A stretch of DNA of 46,335 bases, from contig JAJZEO010000040.1 of assembly GCA_021847505.1 (NCBI GenBank), positions 1 through 46,335 on the forward strand, in the 5' to 3' direction. This DNA is from a bacterium. GTDB lineage: Bacteria > Chlamydiota > Chlamydiia > Chlamydiales > 2-12-FULL-49-11. Under the pieces are notes generated by a model. It had not been told where the DNA came from. It saw only the letters and a list, made by a program, of their open reading frames with translations, and searched no databases. Shown here piece after piece: positions 36,496 to 44,789 of the stretch (positions within the stretch are counted from its first letter, which is position 1; every line of letters starts with the position of its first letter). The position numbers were made by a program, and so were the translations under genes.

Positions 36496-37583
36496 CCCAG
36501 AATCTCCTCATTAAACTTGCCCCTGCCCTTGCCTTTGCCCTTGTCTGAAATCATTTCCTTGATCTTTCTGTGACCTGCTGAAAACGGAAGCCCTTTCATC
36601 TCCTCCAGAGAGACCCAAACAAACCCTTCTACCTCTCCCTTTTGCCCAGTTTGAAATAAGTAAGGCATAAGAGTCGCTTTATACTTGGTAAAATGGTGCA
36701 CCACGCGGGGCAAAATCATCTCCAGCTCAAGCTTAAGAGGAAAACGCCTGATCAAACCAGCCAACGTTGCATCTTCATCACATTCGATATAGGGAAACTC
36801 CCAAAGATCGGCCATGATTTTCCCTTTTTCGTTTTTCTTGAGCAAAGTGTAACCGTTACACATGATCGCCGCCACCTGGCGCATCAAAGGAATGAGTGTC
36901 TCTTTTTTTAACCGAACAGGAAGCTCTTCTTGTCTCCCTTTTTGATAGGCAATGCATTGATCTTGAAGAGGGCAAATTTCGCAAATCGGCTTCTTTTTGC
37001 AGATCGTCTGCCCCAATTCGATTAAACCCTCCATAACCAAGGGGGCTTTTTCATTCGGAAGCCATTCATCGACGATCTTTTCGATCTTTTTCCCCGCTTT
37101 AATGACACACTCCTCAAAAGAAAACATCCTTGCCATGACCCGGGCAATATTCCCATCGACAAACGCAGCTCGTTTGCCAAATCCAAAAGCAAGGATCGCC
37201 CCTGCTGTGTATCGACCTATTCCCTTAATTTTCAAGAGAGCTTCGAATGTATCAGGGAGATTGCCTTCAAATTCTTCCACTACTTGTTTGGCCCCTGAGA
37301 GGAGATTTCTAGCTCTCGAATAGTAGCCAAGCCCCTCCCACAAGGAGATCACCTCGTCAAAAGTAGCCTGGCTTAAAGAATCAACCGTGGGGTACCGTTT
37401 CATCCATCTTTCAAAATAAGGGATCACTACTTCAGCGCGGGTTTGCTGCAACATCACTTCGGAAACCCAAACAGAGTAAGGAGTTCGACTGGACCGCCAT
37501 GGATAAGGCTTACCCACCTTTTCAAACCAAAGAGCAATAGAATTCATGTGGGGCATTTTGCCAAGAGCGCCTCTGAAAATCAA
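36492..37583 (-). CDS. mutY: A/G-specific adenine glycosylase (start probably slightly downstream)
   Basis: VWVSEVMLQQT, WEGLGYYSRARNL, HhH KGIGRYTAGAI, VDGN, Fe-S motif C-x6-C-x2-C-x5-C, NUDIX-like C-terminal domain. Confidence 0.96.
   Translation of the reverse strand: MIFRGALGKMPHMNSIALWFEKVGKPYPWRSSRTPYSVWVSEVMLQQTRAEVVIPYFERWMKRYPTVDSLSQATFDEVISLWEGLGYYSRARNLLSGAKQVVEEFEGNLPDTFEALLKIKGIGRYTAGAILAFGFGKRAAFVDGNIARVMARMFSFEECVIKAGKKIEKIVDEWLPNEKAPLVMEGLIELGQTICKKKPICEICPLQDQCIAYQKGRQEELPVRLKKETLIPLMRQVAAIMCNGYTLLKKNEKGKIMADLWEFPYIECDEDATLAGLIRRFPLKLELEMILPRVVHHFTKYKATLMPYLFQTGQKGEVEGFVWVSLEEMKGLPFSAGHRKIKEMISDKGKGKGRGKFNEEILG
36510..36566. repeat. Direct repeat copy within the mutY 3' end
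   Basis: Partner of 35956-36018; encodes KIKEMISDKGKGKGRGKFN. Confidence 0.9.
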
Positions 37584-37636
37584 TCACTTTATCTTTCTCC
37601 TTTTGTTTATTCTTGTAGACCTTTATTAGTAGACCT

Positions 37637-38020
37637 ATGAGCAATGTAGAAAATCTATTAACTGAATTGGTATCAACGTTGAGAGAGCTTTTGGCAAGTC
37701 TCATCTTGGAAGAGAAGATGCTTCTTTCTGGGGAACTCAAACATGCATCATCGTTTCAAATGACCCAAGGGGATTTAAAGAAAAAAGTCCGAGCTTTGAA
37801 ACTCAAAATGAAAAAAATGACCTGTGATGTAACCGATGATGAGGTAGGACAAGCGACTCTATTAGAACAACAAGAGAGCCTCGAAAAAAAAATCAGAGAA
37901 TTAAGCAAAACCAACAAAAGCCTTTTTCAGTCTCCCATATTTCCTCCCTTAATCCCTGAATCACAAGAGACTTCAAAACCAAAGAAAAAAGTGCTCTTAG
38001 AAGGGGACAGTGAGTCGTAA
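37637..38020 (+). CDS. Coiled-coil hypothetical protein (weakly FlgN-like)
   Basis: 127-aa helical ORF divergent from mutY and overlapping the next gene. Confidence 0.65.
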   Translation: MSNVENLLTELVSTLRELLASLILEEKMLLSGELKHASSFQMTQGDLKKKVRALKLKMKKMTCDVTDDEVGQATLLEQQESLEKKIRELSKTNKSLFQSPIFPPLIPESQETSKPKKKVLLEGDSES

Positions 38021-39053
38021 TGCATTTAAATACCGGGCCTGCGGGCTATTGTATGGCTCTGATCTTCAACATCTAGATCACATTGCACCCTTTTGCAGCA
38101 TTTTGGGGATTCCCCTCGTTTTCACTAATGTTGAAATCGAGGCTCTCGCGAATCAAATCTATCCCCACCTCGAAACTAAACTCGTCTCGCTCAATACTCT
38201 TCCAGAAACCTTAATTCCTGACATCGAAGTGATTTTTTCCTGTTTACCCACACAACTTCTCGAACCGATCTTTTCCCTCAGCGAACATCAATTTAAGAAA
38301 AAACTCCTCTTTTCCTGGCTCCCCCATGGGAACTCCGATAAAGACAACCTTGGTGCGCTCATTGCCGAAAAACACTTGATGATCTATGGCAAACAGATGA
38401 AAGATATCCTACAAAGACATGGCGTCTTGGAAAAAGTTCACCAGATCACTACCCTTGGCAACTTCCGCAAGCTTTACTATTTCAACAACAAACGCGCGCT
38501 TGATCGTGTAGCTTCTCCTTACACGACCTTCAAAAGAGAAGCCACAATGACTTTGTTATATGCTCCCACTTGGGGCGATCCCGACCTAGCAAGCAAAGCG
38601 TACACACTCATCAATCTTTTGCCAGAAGAGTACAACCTAATGGTCAAATTCCACCCCAATACTCTTTACACAGGATCTGCTATTGCGCTGAAAGAAGCCT
38701 TCCAAGACAAAGAGAACATCAAGTTTATCGATGATTTTCCCTCTATCTACCCTATTCTTAACCACACAGAGATCTATATCGGCGACCATTCTTCCATTGC
38801 CTACGACTTCCTATCGTTTAATTCCCCCCTCTTTTTTCTCACCAAAGGAAGGACACCTATTCACCATACAGGAATTGTCACCAAACCCCAAGACCTTATC
38901 GAACACATTCAAAACTCTGTTGATTTATTTTCCGATGCAAGACAAGCTCTTAACGATTATGCATTTGAACCAACCCCTTCACTAGAAACAATCCCTCAAC
39001 TTGTAGAAGCCACCATCGATCAATATTTTGAAACAGAGCCCCATGTCCTCTAA
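38010..39053 (+). CDS. CDP-glycerol glycerophosphotransferase (TagB/TagF-like) family protein
   Basis: PHG, LLYAPTW, MVKFHP, IGDHSSIAYDFL motifs. Confidence 0.85.
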   Translation: MSRNAFKYRACGLLYGSDLQHLDHIAPFCSILGIPLVFTNVEIEALANQIYPHLETKLVSLNTLPETLIPDIEVIFSCLPTQLLEPIFSLSEHQFKKKLLFSWLPHGNSDKDNLGALIAEKHLMIYGKQMKDILQRHGVLEKVHQITTLGNFRKLYYFNNKRALDRVASPYTTFKREATMTLLYAPTWGDPDLASKAYTLINLLPEEYNLMVKFHPNTLYTGSAIALKEAFQDKENIKFIDDFPSIYPILNHTEIYIGDHSSIAYDFLSFNSPLFFLTKGRTPIHHTGIVTKPQDLIEHIQNSVDLFSDARQALNDYAFEPTPSLETIPQLVEATIDQYFETEPHVL

Positions 39054-40020
39054 TAAACCCCCACTTCCTGTCCTCAGTGGCGCAATGCCCCACCACCTCG
39101 ATCATCTCGCCCCCTTTGCCTGGCTAAAACAGACTCACCTTTGGGTTGAAGACCCCGCCATTGGCGAGATGGCTAAACGATACTATCCCGATGTGCCCCT
39201 CATTCAGAAACCTTTCGACATCGTGGAAGCCGCCTCTCTTTCCGATATTATCGTTGTTTCGACAAAAGCGGCACCTGCTGAGCTCAAAGCCATCGCCACT
39301 ACGCTAGGACTGACAGGGTGCAAATTTGCATTCCTTCCCCATGGACAATCAGATAAAGGATTAGCCGATCCTCTCATGCGCTCGATTGAACATGCCGATA
39401 TCGCTTATCTATATGGAGCTCTTCAACACCAGCGACTAACCGAGTTTGGTTCGATCAAAACCATTGGGCATATCGAATTCGTAGGAAACTACCGAAAGGC
39501 CTATTATGAAGCCCATCGGGCTTCACTTGATGCGATCACTTATGAAGAGGTTTTCTCCTCATTTAAAAATGATCACCCGACTTATCTCTATGCGCCAACC
39601 TGGTCGAATGATTCGTTGATCAAACATGCCAAACCCCTGATCGAGGCCCTCCCGGATCAAGTCAATCTGATCATCAAGCTCCACCCCCTTATCGAAAAAA
39701 TTCACCCCGCCTACGCCTACCTCATTCAAAGCTACGACCAGGCCAGGGGCAATATCCGCGTCATAGACTCCTTCCCGTTAATCTACCCCCTCCTCGCCCG
39801 AATCGACGGATATATTGGAGATGAATCGGCCATCGGCTACGATTTCCTCCACTTTGATAAACCAATGTTCTTTCTTACTGACGATGATCTCCCCCTCTAT
39901 GAATGCGGGGTAAAGGTTTCAGACGTCCCAAATCTAATAAAATCGCTTTCTAGCCCCCAAAAGGCCTTTTCCTCTCTACGAGCCCATAGAGCAGCCTTGG
40001 CCTGGTCCTACTTGACATAA
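39028..40020 (+). CDS. CDP-glycerol glycerophosphotransferase family paralog (start probably ATG 39043)
   Basis: PHG, YLYAPTW, IIKLHP, IGDESAIGYDFL; shares HLDH and GN.RK with the previous gene. Confidence 0.85.
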   Translation: MKQSPMSSNKPPLPVLSGAMPHHLDHLAPFAWLKQTHLWVEDPAIGEMAKRYYPDVPLIQKPFDIVEAASLSDIIVVSTKAAPAELKAIATTLGLTGCKFAFLPHGQSDKGLADPLMRSIEHADIAYLYGALQHQRLTEFGSIKTIGHIEFVGNYRKAYYEAHRASLDAITYEEVFSSFKNDHPTYLYAPTWSNDSLIKHAKPLIEALPDQVNLIIKLHPLIEKIHPAYAYLIQSYDQARGNIRVIDSFPLIYPLLARIDGYIGDESAIGYDFLHFDKPMFFLTDDDLPLYECGVKVSDVPNLIKSLSSPQKAFSSLRAHRAALAWSYLT

Positions 40021-40040
40021 AATTTATTTTAATCTATAAT
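40012..40040 (+). promoter_or_regulatory. Perfect-consensus sigma70/sigma66 promoter
   Basis: TTGACA (40012-40017), 17-bp spacer, TATAAT (40035-40040); AGGAG RBS before ATG 40073. Confidence 0.85.
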
Positions 40041-40072
40041 ATTTAAATATTTAATTATATTAGGAGCTTTTT

Positions 40073-40993
40073 ATGGGAGACATTATATTGGTTAAGAGCG
40101 CGGGTGAAATGCCCCGCCCTTCTAGCGAAGACGCACAAAGATATTGGCCAAAGAGAAATCATTTCGCTTTTGGTTCCCATGGAGATCGATATAAGATTAT
40201 CGGACAGGATGAGATCGAAAAGCCCCTCTCATCTTTTGAGCGCTTTGGACGGGGATTTCTTGGAGTTCTCTATATTATCGTTACCCTTGGGAGAGCCTAT
40301 TTTAATGGGGCTGCAAGTAAGTATTTTGTGAATCCCAAAAAAACGGTCTTGTATGCGATGAAAACTGAGGAAACCGCCTGGGCATTTAGAGAAGGCAAAC
40401 TCATTTATATCTCGCCCAACCTTATCTCAAGTCGCGGGGGAAAGATGGGCGGCCAAGAGTGCAATTTTGCCTTAATCAATGCAGAGAATAGCCAAAGATT
40501 TGTTCCTGTAATGGCTACTGAAAATCCTGATGAATATGTTCCCTTTACAGGCAATCCCCTTGAACTCCTGCTAAAGCTGGCTCAAAACACAGACCCTCTT
40601 CTCGATGAAGCAGGAATCGATTCTGGCTCTCCTATCTCGTTTATAACCCAGCATGGAGCCGATAAACCATTTACTGAAGACCAAATATTAGACTACTTCC
40701 TAAAAGACCTCGATACACTTTCAACCCTAAACCAAAAAAGCCTCACCGACGTTTTAAGACTAGCCCAAGCAAAGGGAAGAGTCTTAAATCCCGAATGGAC
40801 CCAATATTTGTTTCTTACGAGAGTGGGACGAGGTAATGCAGAACTCACCCGTCTAATTTTAGAGTTGGATCCTGCAGTGATTCACAAGATAAAAGACCCT
40901 CTTTACATGTTAACTTCAATGGTTCTCGAGCGAAAAGACTCTGACCCAGAGAAACAGCTTCTTTTAGCTGCAATACGACAATCAAACCTCTAG
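40073..40993 (+). CDS. Effector-like hypothetical protein, paralog A (TM segment + ankyrin-like repeat)
   Basis: Shares blocks with 41006 and 42987 (e.g. GRGNAELTRLILELDPAVIH). Confidence 0.75.
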   Translation: MGDIILVKSAGEMPRPSSEDAQRYWPKRNHFAFGSHGDRYKIIGQDEIEKPLSSFERFGRGFLGVLYIIVTLGRAYFNGAASKYFVNPKKTVLYAMKTEETAWAFREGKLIYISPNLISSRGGKMGGQECNFALINAENSQRFVPVMATENPDEYVPFTGNPLELLLKLAQNTDPLLDEAGIDSGSPISFITQHGADKPFTEDQILDYFLKDLDTLSTLNQKSLTDVLRLAQAKGRVLNPEWTQYLFLTRVGRGNAELTRLILELDPAVIHKIKDPLYMLTSMVLERKDSDPEKQLLLAAIRQSNL

Positions 40994-41005
40994 TATAGGA
41001 ACATC

Positions 41006-42490
41006 GTGCCTAAAATCACCCTTCTACAAAGTGCTCACGAGCTTAATAGTATCGACTTAGATGCTAGTTGGGTCCCTGCAAAGAAATTTGACAGCCGCGA
41101 CAGGCTTGTCGATGAGCAAGGCCGAACTATTGGGAGTGATTACCAAGGGCGTCAATATAGGATCGTGCAAAAATGGACAAACGGCCTTGAAACGATCCGT
41201 TTTGCCCTTCCCAGGGAAGAAACGTTGATGCAAATGCAGGGAGGAGAGTTGGTCTTCTTAAGGCCAAGAGATGAGATACGAAATGAGGATATTTCTGCGT
41301 TTCTTTCGTTCAAAGAGTGGGGAGGTATCCCGAGGATTTGTTCTTTAGGTTATGCAAGTCTTTTAGATCTTTTAACTCTCGCAAAAACAGAAGGTCTCCC
41401 TCTAGATCTCCAACAAAGAACCCCAGAGGGAATGACTTTATTTAACTTGTGGGCAGGAAAAGGATTTACCCAAATAGTCGAGTTGCTCCTGGAATTAGAC
41501 CCCTCCTTGATTCACCAAATTCATCAAGGGGAAAAGTCCCTTTTGATAGAAGCGATCATCCATGGAAAAAGAGAAGAAGTAGACCTTCTCTTAGCCACTA
41601 TGCAAAAAGAGAACGTTCCTCTTACTCATGAAGAAGTGTGGCTCCAAAGAGCCTTTCAGGGAGATTGTAACTTTCTTGATCTCTCCGAAATCGAATTGAA
41701 ATTAAAAGTGTTCTACGTGGCTAACCGTTATGGTCACTATGCGTTGGTCCAAAAACTGAAAGATCTTGGCGTCGGTGGAGAAGAACCGGTATTTCGGTCA
41801 GGCCTTGAGATCGTAGCTACAAACATGGATATCATCCTGGTAAAGAATCAGATTGAACAATTCCTCCGTAGATTGAGGCAAGACGGATGTTTATTCACCG
41901 CACAAGAATTTAGTCGCCTAGATAAAACGACCTATATTCGCAAATTGGACCAAATCGGACGGATACAAGGCAAACAGTTTGTCGAAAAAATCGTCCGAAA
42001 ATATGGGTTTGTCCACATTAAAGTCCCCAAAAAAATTGCTGTGATCGGGAAAGATCTCGATCAAATTACTTTCAAAGTGAACCACTATTTAGAACTTAGG
42101 CCCAAAGGTGGGCAAATGGCGATCTATGCCGAAAAAGTTCAAGCAGTTGATCGAAAGATCTCTTTAGAAGAAGCCTTCGAATTTATGATTGTCTTAGAAA
42201 AAACCGGATTTAGTGACTTTGCCGGATATAATTTCGTTGTCGCCCATGACGGTATTTATTTTATTGATACCGAATACGACAATTTTCATCCTCAACATCC
42301 GAAATTTGATGCGATTAAAAGGACGATCGAATATTTGATTCGTCCTGAAGACCTTCCTCTATTCCTAGCCGAATTTGAAAAACGTAAAGCAGCCTTTGAA
42401 GAAAAAGAAGTTGCAGAGCCAGAGACAAATTTGGCCGAAGGGTATAGTTATCAAGAAATTTTTGTGTTCCCTCTGAGCTCCTTATCATAA
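41006..42490 (+). CDS. Effector-like hypothetical protein, paralog B (ankyrin-like repeats + possible kinase-like domain)
   Basis: AGGA RBS; GMTLFNLWAGKGFTQIVELLL and SLLIEAIIHGKREEVDLLL; HIKVPKK, DFAGYN, YFIDTE. Confidence 0.75.
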   Translation: MPKITLLQSAHELNSIDLDASWVPAKKFDSRDRLVDEQGRTIGSDYQGRQYRIVQKWTNGLETIRFALPREETLMQMQGGELVFLRPRDEIRNEDISAFLSFKEWGGIPRICSLGYASLLDLLTLAKTEGLPLDLQQRTPEGMTLFNLWAGKGFTQIVELLLELDPSLIHQIHQGEKSLLIEAIIHGKREEVDLLLATMQKENVPLTHEEVWLQRAFQGDCNFLDLSEIELKLKVFYVANRYGHYALVQKLKDLGVGGEEPVFRSGLEIVATNMDIILVKNQIEQFLRRLRQDGCLFTAQEFSRLDKTTYIRKLDQIGRIQGKQFVEKIVRKYGFVHIKVPKKIAVIGKDLDQITFKVNHYLELRPKGGQMAIYAEKVQAVDRKISLEEAFEFMIVLEKTGFSDFAGYNFVVAHDGIYFIDTEYDNFHPQHPKFDAIKRTIEYLIRPEDLPLFLAEFEKRKAAFEEKEVAEPETNLAEGYSYQEIFVFPLSSLS

Positions 42491-42509
42491 TATTAACTAT
42501 GCTGAATTT

Positions 42510-42890
42510 ATGCATATTTCGATAGGAGAGGGTTCTACAGCAGAATTCAACAGGGACCAGATAGCAGATTTTGGGGTCATTAGTTCATGTCTGGTTTTAG
42601 TTGTAGAATGTGAAGATGGTTCTGCTATCGCGGCGCATTTCGTTCTTATACCCGATTCAACCAACCAAAAAGACTTTGACCATCTTATGGAAGAACTTTC
42701 TCAAAAGACCTTGGGAAAGATTGTTAAGACTGCCAAATTGATCGGAGCTCTTGATTTTTGGGGGCCCAAAAGTTATAAGAAAATTGCGGATAGGTTTATC
42801 AATCTTGAGGAATACAACACCTCGAACCATCCAGCAATTGAATTGACTTGTCAATTTGATAGAATACCCACCATAGTAGTTAAATCATAA
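42510..42890 (+). CDS. Small CheD/CNF1-like Cys-His deamidase-fold protein
   Basis: ISIGEG...VISSCLVLVV...AIAAHFVLIP spacing resembles CheD LGSCV...AH.MLP. Confidence 0.55.
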   Translation: MHISIGEGSTAEFNRDQIADFGVISSCLVLVVECEDGSAIAAHFVLIPDSTNQKDFDHLMEELSQKTLGKIVKTAKLIGALDFWGPKSYKKIADRFINLEEYNTSNHPAIELTCQFDRIPTIVVKS

Positions 42891-42986
42891 ATCATTCAGA
42901 AGTACTACGTTATTCCAAAGTGAATTTAAATCTCGCTTCTTCCTTCTTGCTGTAATTGTTACGGCGCTTGTACAATTACTCTTTTC

Positions 42987-44789
42987 TTGGTGACTAGTGA
43001 TGGTCTTTATATGTCTAACATCCAAATCATTCAATCGTTCTCTCAAGTCCATCTAAGTGAGGGTTGGGCGCCTATTTCCTCCTTTAAAAGTGAAAATAAG
43101 CTTGTGGATAAAGAAGGAGAATATGTCGATTCTCAATACGAAGGCCGAACTTATCGGCTTATTCAAAAGTGGGAGAGAACTTATTCAGCTTTTGAGCGTA
43201 TTGTAAGGTTTCTTCTCGCCTTCTTGCTCGTCTTGTTCTCTTTTGGCATTGCCTATTGCTTTAAGACGACGAGAAAACTCATGTTTAATCCGGGTGAAAC
43301 GATTCGCTTTGCCCTCCCTGTAGAAAAAATTGTGATGAAACTCTCCGGGAAAAAAGTCTCCTACATTCACCCCAAACTTTTGTTTCAGAATGAGGGGCTG
43401 AATTTTGCTGAAGTCACCTTGAAGGGAAAACGGAAAATCATGCCAGTCGCGCCTACCGATCTTTACCACGAATATGTATCTTATGAAGGGCAGGCTTTAG
43501 AAGCACTTTACAAAATGGCTCAGAAGAGCTCCCCTATTTCGAGGTTGCTGCATCATCCGGATAACACCCTATTCAATGAAGAAGAAGTTCTTAATTATCT
43601 TGGTGCAGAGGAGAGAATTTGCACTTTAAGTCGCGAGAGCACCATAGATCTCTTGAAGCTTCCTCAAGCAAGAAGCCTTCCTCTCATAACTATGTTTAAT
43701 TTTTGGGCAGGAAAGGGCATACCCGAGATCTCTCGATTAATCCTTGCATTAGATCCGTCAATCATCCATCAAAGACAGCATAAATTGGTTGAGGCTATTT
43801 TAGCAGGTTCGCAGGAAGAGGCAGAGGTTCTTTTTGAGGCTATGACAAGTGCAAACATCTCCCCCTCAGAAAGGGAATCGCTTTATATCAAAGCTTGGAA
43901 GGGTGACTTTTTCTATTCAGTTCCCCATTTTTATGGATTAAACACAGACATCCAGCAACAACTTTTCTACGTGGGCAATCAATTTGGTCATCGTGTATTC
44001 GTAAAATACTTAAGCGTGATGATCTGTTTTAATATTAGACCTATATTTTGTTCGAAACTCGAAATCGTGGCCGCAAACGTGCCTGTCATTTACGCAGACT
44101 GTTACATTGAAGGGTTTCTCAAAGGATTGAGGAAAAAAGGTCAACTATTGACAGAGCGAGAATTTAACTCTTTGTCTCCAGACTCGCACTTTTCTCTTGG
44201 AAGAGGCTCATTGGGGCGATTCCAAGGGGCTAGATATGTCGAGGAAATCATCCAAAGGCACAATTTTACTCATGTTAGGGTCATTAAGGAGCTTGCTGTA
44301 GTGGCTGAAGGAGTGAGTGACCTTTCATTAGCGGTGTCAGAAACATTAGAACTTAAAGCTCAAGAGGGACAACTCACGGTCTACTCCGAAGATATTCTAC
44401 AAAAAAGACGGCCTATCTCACTAGAAGAGGCCCAGGAACTTGTGTTAATTTTAGAAGAAACAGGCTATAAAGGACCTTTAACAAGACACCAAATCGCCAT
44501 TGGACAAGAGTGCGTCTACCTCCTTGACCTCAATTTTGAAAATTTCGATCCTACACGACTTCGATTGGTCCCCTTTCATTGGATTAAACCACTACTAGAT
44601 CCTGACGATCTGAGGGCTTTTTCTAGATGGTACAACTTTCATACCTATAACTTCCAAGATAGGCAACGAGCTCACCAGCAAGCCCAGGCAAAACTTTCCT
44701 CCTTTTTCATGGAGAATCCTTACAGGAACTTAGTAAAAGCGTATAAAGACCAGGCCTTTACATTTGCTATAGGGGAGGGCATACTCTGA
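42987..44789 (+). CDS. Effector-like hypothetical protein, paralog C (start probably ATG 43011)
   Basis: Collinear with paralog B (LVD, Y.GR.YR, ETIRFALP, FN.WAGKG, LEIVA.N, GR.QG, ISLEEA, LE.TG) and shares the TM block with paralog A. Confidence 0.78.
   Translation: MVTSDGLYMSNIQIIQSFSQVHLSEGWAPISSFKSENKLVDKEGEYVDSQYEGRTYRLIQKWERTYSAFERIVRFLLAFLLVLFSFGIAYCFKTTRKLMFNPGETIRFALPVEKIVMKLSGKKVSYIHPKLLFQNEGLNFAEVTLKGKRKIMPVAPTDLYHEYVSYEGQALEALYKMAQKSSPISRLLHHPDNTLFNEEEVLNYLGAEERICTLSRESTIDLLKLPQARSLPLITMFNFWAGKGIPEISRLILALDPSIIHQRQHKLVEAILAGSQEEAEVLFEAMTSANISPSERESLYIKAWKGDFFYSVPHFYGLNTDIQQQLFYVGNQFGHRVFVKYLSVMICFNIRPIFCSKLEIVAANVPVIYADCYIEGFLKGLRKKGQLLTEREFNSLSPDSHFSLGRGSLGRFQGARYVEEIIQRHNFTHVRVIKELAVVAEGVSDLSLAVSETLELKAQEGQLTVYSEDILQKRRPISLEEAQELVLILEETGYKGPLTRHQIAIGQECVYLLDLNFENFDPTRLRLVPFHWIKPLLDPDDLRAFSRWYNFHTYNFQDRQRAHQQAQAKLSSFFMENPYRNLVKAYKDQAFTFAIGEGIL

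Larger units (their letters stand above)
36019..36509 (-). mobile_element. Putative small inserted GxxExxY cassette
   Basis: Nuclease-like gene, 37-bp inverted repeats and ~57-63-bp flanking direct repeats; no transposase. Mobility is inferred. Confidence 0.55.

Noticed and set aside
36019-36509. Classical IS element
   Set aside because: No DDE, HUH or recombinase gene, and the flanking duplication is far longer than a typical IS target duplication.
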